DNA from: Balanoglossus misakiensis
Lineage: Eukaryota > Animalia > Hemichordata
Assembly (NCBI GenBank): GCA_040954595.2
Contig: CM082582.2
Location: forward strand, 11,652,415 to 11,716,414
Length of the DNA stretch: 64,000 nucleotides
Direction: 5' to 3'
The position numbers and the translations under genes are program-made. Positions 53,701 through 64,000 of this stretch are shown here, in pieces. Position 1 is the first letter of the stretch; each line of letters begins with the position of its first letter. A model generated the notes under the pieces. That model searched no databases. It was not told the DNA's origin and was given only the letters and a program-made list of their open reading frames with translations.

Positions 53701-56700
53701 ACAGAGGAGATACAATTCTGACACCATCTTTGGTCAGAAAAGAACTAGCATTTTGGTGGATTCTTTGTGTCTTGTATTTTGAGTCTCTCCATGAAACAAA
53801 ACAAAACAAAAACAAACAAAAAGACTCCCCAAGTGGTGTTGTGTCTGAGAGATGTGGGACAAGAAAGGCATAATATTGTTGATGTCCGATGGCGTAAATT
53901 TTCACGCAAGGCGGTGGTCCTTGTCGTTTTTTCTCTCTTCTGTCTGTGTACCGCATCTTTCCATGAGCATCTCAGTTGAATGGTATCCATGTGTACGTTG
54001 CTAGGCGAGAAGAAACAACTTGGGGGATGCCGGAGGGCTGAGATAACAGCGACAATCATGGGGGAGAATACCTTCCACTGTTTACTGTTAGTCATCGTGT
54101 TTGTTTGGATGCCACCGTTTCAATAACACACCTGCTTTGCCCGATGGGTCAATACCAAAACAGCCAGCCTTGTTCCAGAAGAAAGACCGCTAATTGTATT
54201 AATGGTACTGAGAGAGCCAGCAATCAACAGCTCTGTTACTCTTTCAAAATTACACCTCTGTTTTTTTATGTCGGAGCACGCACCATCGCAGGACCCGCAC
54301 CGATTGCCGGGCACACAAAAGACAGGTGGTCAAAAAAGAGACAAATATGGGAAGCGATTCCGCTCGGATGAAAGGTGCCGACTACTCTGTCCGGCATCTA
54401 GATGATGTCTTGTTGTCTTTTCCGCTTCAGAAAAACAAATCAGGATTCTCATTCACCAGCTCTTCCATCAGATATTCACAAATTTTGGCCCGCAGAGACC
54501 ACAGCCAAACATTCTAAACTGTTGAGGCAGAATATCAGAGGCACGACGCGACTGTGGTACCCTTCATGAGAGGAGCCAATGTTGTCTGACTGAATTTTTG
54601 GTATTTTTATTAAAGATGGAGAGAAAAATATTGAATGTCACTATCAGCGGCATCAATGAGACTAGTTTCCACTTTACTTCAGAAAGACCATGAATTCCTT
54701 TAGTCAAGGAAACCATAGTCCCCCATCTTGTCTGTCACATTGAAAACAGTCCATAAACTGGCAGGCAAAATACTACAGCACCAGGGGATGATAAAAACGT
54801 CCATCAAAACATACAGTCGTGGAGGACGTTCACTGCAATGCTACCACGGTTTTTGTCTCAGTGCCACAGAAGCTCAAACAACAAGTGAAGCCACATCAAA
54901 GGTGTGAAATGACACGAGAACACACAGGATTTGTGAAAGTGGCCATTTTTTTCTTTGCTCTCTGTGGAAAACCAAAACACAAACACAGCAAATGTGTCCA
55001 CTTGTTTGCTCTTTGAAGGCTCTAGAACAACACACCTGGTTCTTCAAGTTGTGCTAGACTTGACGTGTTGATACTGAAACTATGTATACACAGACACAGT
55101 GCTTGGACTGCCAGATTCATCCTTGCCAGGACAAACAAGGAGATATGTACACAAATGTCAAGTAGACTTCAAACACCACAGCCGGATATAAAACAGAGTT
55201 ATATAGAATGGTGCAGCCTATTCTCATCCATAATTGTCATAAAAAAGAATATAATATTCCTATTCATGTATCTTTGTGAGCAATGGGACCCACATATTCC
55301 TTTAAAAACATCCATCACACTATTGTGACAATAAAAGGTTTTTCATCCGTGGAGACGAACACGAAAAGCGACCGAAGTTAGAAGCCTGCCCTCACAGGTT
55401 AGAAATTGACAGGCACCAAGCGACGACAATATGATCGCCATCCATCCATTCATAATTTCATTGTGGGCTATCACAATACTGTTTGCAAATTAAAACAATA
55501 CAATGATAAGCAGTGGCCTGAACATTATTTATGGATTCTGTGGAACAACGGGACTTGGCATTTCGTGATATTTGTATTAGAATTACTATTAGAATAATAG
55601 TATCATTTTCAAATTAACATCATCAATTTAAACAGACCTTTGACTCAATGTTTTGTTTTGCCATTTCATTATTAGTTTTGAGACAATTCTCATTTACAAC
55701 AATGACAGCACACCCTTTTAGTTATTAAAATGTTCAACATTACTTCACATAATACGTGTACCCACCCTTCCACAGCAGCGAGTTTAATGTTGCAAAAAAG
55801 GCAGTCTTTTTGCAGATCACCTCCAATCTATGGCAAATTCAAACCCCTGTAGACAAGACTTGGGAGCTTACAACCACCTCGTTTTGAAGAAAATTACAAG
55901 AAAGAGAAAAAATTCTTGGGTCTTGCAGACAGGTTTGCAGGACCTGAGAACCTAACCTACAAACCCCTATCTATGAAAAGTTAGTTGGCTCTCACTGTAT
56001 CCTTCCCTCTGGGAGGTTGCTACCATTCTGGCTGAAGTAGGGGTGGAGAGGAGGTGGGGATCTTGAATGACTGACACTTTCAAGTGCGTCAATGTTTCCA
56101 ACAAAACAGCTGGTTTCACTTGACCGACAGGTGTACGGCCCAGTTGAACCGAAACTGACCATAGAGACCCAAACGGAAGGCCTGGACAAAAATGGCCACA
56201 CTCATCCCATATTACACCTCCAGTTCCAAACCCAGCATTAACTACACAAATAAACTCGACATATGTTTCTTGTAGACTGAGGAATCCAGAAGACATGTCA
56301 ACTAGTAGAAAGGGCTACAAGGATAATAAACACAGCAAATTTGAAACAGATTTTCTTTATCAGTGTCAGATAACAGAAGCTTGTAAATTGCTGTGTGCAA
56401 CAGTTCATATTCATTCATACAGATATGATCATTTTTTTATTTTTGCAAATTTTATGACTGGATAGCATCTGATGTCAATTTCGCTTTTATTCTCAAACCA
56501 GCAAAATTTATAAATTTCCATGGTGTCCATAATTTATGCTGTTGTATATAATATGCATTTGTATATAATATAATTTACCGATGACAAGTTGCATGGTGGC
56601 TGATATGGAACCATGGCAACAAAGCATAACAAACTGTTGCATTGTGGGATTGAAACTGACATATCAGTATGAAGATATTAAATCTATTTTTGAAGCTTTC

Positions 56701-57125
56701 TCTTTGACCAAAATTACAGTCGTATGCAGAATTGGAAGCCATGGAAGAACGGATGGGGAGTGGTTTAGAAGATCTTTCCACTTCTCTTTCTGATAATGAT
56801 TCTTCAGGATTTTTCCCTTTCAGCTGGCCCAGCATGTGTACCATATCACTCACCTAATGAGTGAAAACCAATACGAAAATCCATATCCCGTGTCCTAACA
56901 GAGCTTACTAGTAATCATACACTAGTTTCGTCTCTCTGATTGTTAATTGGTTTTGTCACAGACGGGATTTTGATACCACTGAAGTCTGGTGCTTGTCAGA
57001 TATCTGTGGGTAGAGAGACCTTCCTCTTCTTGGTCTGATTCTTTGACCAAAATATCGATAAAAATTGCAACGGTGGAAAAGAAAAGCGTGACTCTGTGGG
57101 TCTTGGGTAATTGACAGCTCATGCT

Positions 57126-57175
57126 GTAACCACAGCGATGTCCTGTCGTGGTAACCACGGCGATGTCCTGTCGTG
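57126..57175 (+). repeat. 25 bp tandem duplication (2 copies, 1 mismatch)
   Basis: gtaaccacagcgatgtcctgtcgtg / gtaaccacggcgatgtcctgtcgtg. Confidence 0.9.
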
Positions 57176-58003
57176 GAGTTCAGGGATTTCTGCACACTCA
57201 GCAGGGGACAGTGTAGTTTTCATAAGAAAGACCCCGACTAGAATGCCCTTACAAAAAACGCCAACAGTTTTCCCACTCTGCCATTCAGGTGCTGGTTGAA
57301 GGTTGAGAGAGAGCGAGAGGGTATTTATAGACGATGGCCCGTGGGACAAACACGCCCAATCTGCAAACAGGATATCAACCATTCACTAAAAAGGTTGGTT
57401 AAAACTGATGGTTTAGTATTGAGAATACAAAACTCACATAAAACATGAAGAAAAATGAACTTAATACTAAAAGATCACACTGTACAGTCGTTCTTTTGAT
57501 GATGCTATGGTTGTCACTGTACATGTACACAGTGTAATAGCGAGGCGAACAGCTGGCGGGACGAAATCATTGGACAAGGTGTCACTCTGACAAGAGTTCA
57601 CAGCTGAACGCGAGGAGGGGGTAATGTCTGTGGTATGCAATTAAAGAAAAAAAGACAGAGGAGTGACAGAGACTCGGAATGAAACCTGATCAAATGCCAT
57701 TCACATGTGTTAATCACTGGAGTGCAGAAAAATTCACTGCCTGAAGGTAGTACGCGCTTCAGGGAAGGATTTTCAGAAAAATGATAGTCCTTCAAACCTT
57801 TCAATTCTTTGCTGTATTAAAGTGTGTTAGGAGTCTAAAACAGAGAATAATCTAATGCTGCCTTGACCAGATACGAGAAAAAGTGTACTACTTTGGATTT
57901 GGAGGTGCAAACTAATACCTTACCAACAGTCTTGCAGCTTGTCCACACTAACTGCTACTGAAACGGCAGCTATATCTAATCTTGCTACATGTGTCGCTGG
58001 CAA

Positions 58004-58045
58004 TCTGAAGATACAAGTTGCCAGTCTGAAGATACAAGCTACCAG
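58004..58045 (+). repeat. 21 bp tandem duplication (2 copies, 2 mismatches)
   Basis: tctgaagatacaagttgccag / tctgaagatacaagctaccag. Confidence 0.85.
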
Positions 58046-60076
58046 GGTGCCCGTCTATTTTACCCGGGAAGCCGACCAGACAATATAGTTATCAGTACAA
58101 ACATATCAATTGATGTATTGAACACAAACATCCTACATGTTGCAGAGGAGAAGGGGTGTGTGTGTGCTTGAGCGATATACTCTGTTATCTCTCGCTGAAG
58201 AAAAAACAACCTCTCAACACGAGAGAACACACACTGCGTTCCTAGCTCTCTCCCTATGATTGGAACTTTAATTGGAGAGCATGGCTTGATATTTTGTTCC
58301 CAATTAGCTTGCAATCAGGGGCAGAGTTGATGGCTCGGGATCACGTCAAAGAGGTTCCCTCCTCGCTTCTCTCTCTCTCTGTCAACTTTCCAAATCTTTA
58401 TTGTAATTATTCTAAATTCAGGGACTTGAAATTTTATCCTTTTTGTTGCCGGGGCACGATTACACACTTGAGTTGAGCGGAGAGAATGGAAGCGGAATTT
58501 AAGTGGCTCAGATAAAATATAAAATTCCTTCTTTTCTGTCAAGAACTGTTTGGTATTTACGTACGGGTGGATAAGGATGATCCCACGGCACCTTGACCAA
58601 TAGTGGTCATCAGAATGTTATTCACAAAAACAACCAAAGTTTCTTGAATTGTTTTCTTCAGGACCAATTCCTACCAAACATTTTATAAGAAAAAAATGTT
58701 GAAAGCACATCATAGGCCACAAGTGGAGTTATTTCTAACACCACTGTTGAGAACCTTGTTCCACATTAGGTGCAGAGACACATTTTCTGAAACGGCCAAA
58801 GAAAAAAAAATATTGAAAAAAGGGAGAGTTGAATCAATGGAAAGCAATCATGAGATGGTTTAAACTGTGTCTAAGCCTTGAGGCCAGAGGATAGCCAGAC
58901 AATAAGTGGCTGTACAATAGCCTTTATAAGTTGGGGAAAGAGCTAACAGTTAAACTAATTACAGAATAAAAGCATCCCAGGTTATCACCGATAGCCCTTT
59001 GCGACAACGCTTCCCTGGCGAGTTAAACTGGGAATCTTTCTTGATTTTCGTTTGTTTGGAAAATTATTACACCCAGTGGATGTGGCAGAAAGCAAAAAGT
59101 ATGTCTTTTTTCTTGGTTCCTGCATGAGACTTGAGTTTGTTCAACAACCTGGGTTGTGTCAAACTCTGAAGTGTGCTTGTTGAGAAATCTGATTATCTCA
59201 ATTGGCTGAAGTGATTGACCGGCTTTGGAACGGGTTTCAAAGGAATGCGAAGCGGCGATGGCCAGCGGGCAAAACAAACTGGATCTGGCCACTTGGACAA
59301 TGAGCGTGCAAAGCCTTGCCAATGGTCAGCCCCAGTCTGCCTTGTGAAAACAGGAACCGATACAATGCAAGCGGAAAAACACATCATGCATTCAAAACGG
59401 TGTTCAAATTATCGACCAAAGAAAAAAAAGAAGGGCTTTCAACAACTCCTGAATACACTGGGACTGAAAAAAGAGAGATCAAACAGCCTGCAAAATGAAA
59501 TTTAACTTCAAAACATACAATTTGTTTCACTTAAACTCGTCGCAACAAAGAGCAATGTTGTTCAAAGGGCCAAATTGAAGAGCTGATCGTGGGTTTTGAT
59601 TGTACGGCCACACGTAGACCAGCATCACTAAATTTAACTTAATAACAGTCCATTTGTTTACTTGTGCACACAAGACACATATTTAGAGTAAGCTACAGTA
59701 GTAACCATGGCGGGAGTTTCTTTGAACGCCAAAAGACCAGAGTGGGCACTCTCCAAATCTGGTTAGAGACTCAATCATTGTCTGGGTACAAGTCTGATGA
59801 CCATGGTTAAAAAAATAAAATTCTCCCCCATCATTCCTCACTTGTCTTGCACTGTCCACAAATTGCAACAGGAAAAAATCGCATGAAACTTTATAAAGTG
59901 GTGAAAAATAAAATCACAGCAAACAAAACAGAACTACCAGGGCTGGCCAAAAGAAGGAACAAACTGCAGATGCCATCTCACCAGAACACATGGACACAAA
60001 CTGCAATCAGAAACGCTCTCTGATTTAAATATATTTTTACAGTATCCTGATCACAACTCACTTATACAGCAACAAT

Positions 60077-60724
60077 ATAAGGTTATTCACAAAATACCGG
60101 GATTTATGTCCGAGTACATCGTGCAGCGCAGGTATTGTCCGAGACGCGCAGCGTCGAGGACAATACCGAAGCGTACGATGTACGAGGACATAAATCCCGG
60201 TATTTTGTGAATAACCTTATTATTATACACCTTTTCCGGACGTCCTTGATGAACGATAAAGAATAAATAGGCCGCTATCGGACTTTCTAGTTTTCAGACG
60301 CCGCCATGACGTAATTTGCATATCGAACGCGCCTTCACCTCGCGCATCAGGTGATGCTAGTGTCGAGCTGCCGATGTCTCGCGCGCGACGTTCTACGCTG
60401 CAGCGATGAACGCGCTCGCCTGTTCGTTCACACATTCCTTCGACTGAAATTTCATCGAGGATTTTGACTTATTTCGCATCTTGGGCCACCAATAATTTTG
60501 TTTAATAACGACTGTGTACTTTTTATATAATTTTTTGTGAGAGTAGGGTGCAATATCATCATTGTTTACATCAGACAGCTGTGAGGTCAAAGGTCAAATA
60601 TGCGTCCAATAACCCTGTGGGTTATGGGACTCTGCGTCCTCATTTGAATAATTATTGGACGGTGATACCGCGAATTATTGTATTACGGAACTCCATAGGT
60701 TACAGCAGTAGGTGTATAATAATA
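60077..60724. mobile_element. Non-autonomous DNA element with a terminal 144 bp hairpin and an asymmetric 15 bp inverted repeat (possibly Crypton-like or Helentron-like)
   Basis: Perfect 35 bp inverted arms at 60077-60111 and 60186-60220 with further internal stems. Second inverted pair tattattatacacct 60218-60232 / aggtgtataataata 60710-60724. CpG-rich compared with the flanking intron; no coding capacity. The family assignment is inference. Confidence 0.7.
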
Positions 60725-62273
60725 ATCATTATACAACCATTAAATACACATTGTATCTGTATATGTATGATGTACCTCAAAGTATAACTTAAGTATGGTA
60801 TGTCTTCTTCTTTTGTCTCAACATAATTCTTGATGTCGATTTACATCCAACATTTACAGAGAGACTCCCAGCAGCCAAGTTTGCAAGTTGAATGTTATCG
60901 TTTCCTTGTACTAAAAAACTAACATCGCAAGCAAGAGTGGTCAAATTCTCCCACACACATTCAGAGAAACATAGCTTTAAACTATGTGTTTTCTTAGTTT
61001 GGAGAAAACCCCTTAATAACCAACATCTTAGTGTTCACATTGTTCTCCAACAAAAAAAAAGACTCTTGCCAACATTTTATAGTTGCAAACACTAACGCTG
61101 AAGCCTCACAATGCACCTTGAATGCAACCCAGGTTGGCCGGGGTTTTTTTGTCTCGCTAAGAAAAACAACATTTTGATTAGCCACAAACTAACTCATCAG
61201 CCGCGATGAAAAGATTTTAAAGACCCAATCACTGGCAGTTAACTAGAAAATAATGAACCCTGTTGAGAGTTCATCATACAATGTGTTCGCTGAATAATAG
61301 ACCGCAGTTAGTGTTTTTGTAGAAGGTGAATTATTGGGAAATAATGTGCGGGGCTCACATCTGCCGTGTCCTGTCACAACCTGTCCGTCTGCAGTAATGC
61401 ACTTTATCCTGAACTGTTTATAAAAGCTTTACAGTGAAGAATAAAACACCAAGAAAACTTCAGTATTGTTTTGGGATGAGGGAATACAGGGTGGGGGGTT
61501 TGTCGCCCAAAAGAATTGGGTCCAACCAAGTTCTGAATTTTAAAAAAGCTTTTAAAAAATCGCAATCTAGCTGTTGAGAACGCTGATCGATTGTCTGGCT
61601 TGTAATTTACTCAATAGCATTTTTTTTTCTGAACGGGTAACTCAATATGGCGTATCTGCTGGACGGACTGCACAAACAGGAAAATTACCCCTTTGACCGA
61701 CTGTCAGACTGAGAATCAAATTGCGCGATCTTCCCGTTGATTTCCACCCAGTCAATAACATGGTCGCCCCCACCTGTCAGGAGTGGGAACAATACCACTT
61801 TGTCCGGGGTTTTTTTTCTACCCCTCCGCCAGAAAGTTAAGAAAATAACAGGGTAACCCGACGAGGACTTCACTTTCGCTTCCGTGACTCGCGCTCATTA
61901 AAGTTTGTTTGTTCTCGTGGTTGCCGATGCAGAAGTGATGCAGTAATTACTAATTGATTATTCATAGTTTCAAGAAGTCGTCAAAACACCCCGCTTTTGC
62001 GAAATAACTGGTCCATCAGGGCCAAGGACGCGTCTCCAATCTTCATTTAGGTTTCCTCTGTGAACAGTTTTGCTTTTTATTTGTACAGATAGCGCGCACT
62101 CAGGATAAAACCTCTTCAAGATTTTCACGTTCTTCAAGGAACCCAATACACATGCAGTTATCCTCATTCCAATATTTCTGCATTAGGGATTGGGGATTGG
62201 AGCATAGGGACAAAGGTATCTTGTGGGGGAGGTAGTCGTCGCAGGATAAATGAAATATGACTAATGCACTTAC

Positions 62274-62370
62274 CACTTCAGTTGGTCTGTAAAATTTAGG
62301 ATCAACTCGTACTCTAACTTTTCCAGTTGCTTTCTCTCTGCCGATCTCCTTCATGCCTTCGCCTTCCCAA
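62274..62370 (-). CDS. GMDS: GDP-mannose 4,6-dehydratase, internal coding exon (97 bp)
   Basis: cag acceptor and gtaagt donor. Translates (V)[32 protein letters not shown], matching GMDS WEG...TGKVHVTVDLKYYRPTEV. Confidence 0.95.
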
Positions 62371-62513
62371 CTGAAGGGAAATCACACAACAGTGCTTATT
62401 TGATGAATTGTAATTTTTTGACATCATCAAATAACTATACAGACGCACTGAAAAACTAATTGGCAAAAGTTACCCATAAATGAGTTGTAAATGTTCCCAT
62501 TTCCAACACTTAC

Positions 62514-62632
62514 ACTATTTCTTTATTGATGAACTTGAAGGATTCCTCCACAAACTCCCTGACACTGTGAACTTCACCTGTGGAAATGACAAAGTCTTCT
62601 GGTTCTTCTTGCTGAAGCATCAACCACATTGC
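62514..62632 (-). CDS. GMDS: GDP-mannose 4,6-dehydratase, internal coding exon (119 bp)
   Basis: Minus strand reads cag|GCA ATG TGG..., translating [39 protein letters not shown](V), then donor gtaagt. Matches [36 protein letters not shown]. Ends in phase 2, compatible with the next exon. Confidence 0.95.
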
Positions 62633-64000
62633 CTGTGTAGAAAAAACATGAAGACTCCATGATTACTTTGAACTGGTGATGGGTTCTGTCAATTCCTGCA
62701 GAAGGAGCTAGTTGTACTTTCTTCATACACTTCAGCCTTGAAAACAATTCTCACGGACTTGTTCTTCACATAGCAATGACAGACTTAAAGATCACCAAAA
62801 ACTGGGAAAGGTGGTCTGTACACAATATAGACAAGTGTGTCCATGAAGACAAGGTTTGACCCAACTTTTATTCAATTACATGTAAAAGTGGTAAAAGTCA
62901 ATGAAGTTCTTCACAACTATGAACTTTCATTCAATGATTCTTTGTGTAGGGGAAAATGCAGAAAACAAAAGGAATAATATACATGTATTTTAGACATTCA
63001 CACTAATGAACAGCATGATTTAACCACACAGCAAATCCAAGATGTAAAACACATTTTCTTTCCCATACTAACCCTCTGGCCACCCAATATCAGAGCAATA
63101 AACACGCGAAAAAAAATGTTGCCTTAATGAACACAACGTGGTCAAGTCAAGTGCTTGTGAATGTTTAATCTGCCCCTCAGCTAAATTATGTAAGTATGCA
63201 TCTAGAATTATGCAGTATTCTCAAAGTGCCACTAACATGATGCTGAGATGCATGCATTCCAATAATGCACCCTGTGTCACTGTGCACAATGGAGATGGTC
63301 CCTTCTAGTCTGCGCAATTTTGAGACGATCCCTTACGGAAAGCAGTGTGAATGTATATACAGAAATGGCTTGCATTTGTAACGCATTAGCAGTTATATAC
63401 AAATGACTCTATTGCTTTGGAAAACACACAAACAGTGGTGAAAATCATTGTCCGCGCTGTATATACAACTTTTCTACACAGAAATCCAATCATGGACGCT
63501 TTGCTTATTGTCCCTTCTAATCCCACGCATGCGATAATGTGTGAGAACACTGGTTTACTTGCAACACTGTTTGGGAGAAAAGAAGAAACAAATTGAGTAT
63601 TTAGCCAAGTGTTGCTGGATTTTTCTCCTTTTCAATACCCTGCAGGTAACACCAGACCTTGGTGACATCATGAAGAGGTGTGGGAGCTACGGATTGTTTG
63701 AGTTTCTCAAGACAGTGGAAAATTAGTTTTGTGAATGCCCTGTTTTGTTGGCGTACCTACAAGCCTTCAAATTGTCCGGTTTTGTTTAATGCAGGTGTAC
63801 GGATGTGACAGTTTGTGGTTAGTATATTGGATTGGCAGATGAACAGGGCACTGCAGATAGGACAATGGCAGAGTGTTAAACTGTGGTGTCGGGTGGCAAG
63901 CCTAATTCTGTGTAGACATAACATGTGGAACAGTGGCGTGTATAACTCACTTGAATGTCACACAGAATGTCAGTGTGTTTTGCGATTGTTCAGTGCTAAT

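Larger units (their letters stand above)
50701..62273 (-). other. Large GMDS intron (11,573 bp)
   Basis: GT...AG boundaries between the RPTEV exon and the DFLLGD exon, whose protein sequences join with no missing residues. The neighbouring introns are only 143 bp (62371-62513) and 259 bp (50373-50631). Confidence 0.9.

Noticed and set aside
54428-57300. Protein-like fragments in the GMDS intron (e.g. LRAKICEYLMEELVNENPDLFF, LKGKNPEESLSEREVERS) as a nested gene
   Set aside because: Could not be joined into a spliced frame and match no family I recognise; RNA-seq or BLASTX would be needed.
57126-58045. Short direct repeats as a possible CRISPR-like array
   Set aside because: Only two adjacent copies each, no spacers, eukaryotic intron context; simple tandem duplications.
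62633-64000. Next upstream GMDS exon (..RDWGHAKDYVE)
   Set aside because: Not found on the minus strand here; it presumably lies beyond the window end.

Overview
Animal (non-vertebrate, probably deuterostome) genomic DNA, not prokaryotic. The window holds two intronless forkhead genes on the + strand, FoxC (10737-12167) and FoxL1 (36576-38108). They are followed by the last four coding exons of a convergently oriented GDP-mannose 4,6-dehydratase gene (GMDS, - strand, 50310-62632), whose upstream exons lie beyond the window. This order joins the two vertebrate paralogous arrangements (FOXC1-GMDS and FOXC2-FOXL1) and looks like the undivided ancestral Fox cluster. The rest is long non-coding DNA with microsatellites and G/C homopolymers. 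Other points of note: Gli/Fox motif clusters at both Fox promoters, a sharp CpG-rich to CpG-poor switch near the GMDS 3' end, a CpG-retaining patch inside the 11.6 kb GMDS intron, and a ~650 bp CpG-rich insertion opening with a 144 bp hairpin that looks suited to single-stranded DNA. I found no convincing new protein-coding system; nearly all other ORFs in the track look like chance or shadow ORFs. Motif-level calls are hypotheses only.
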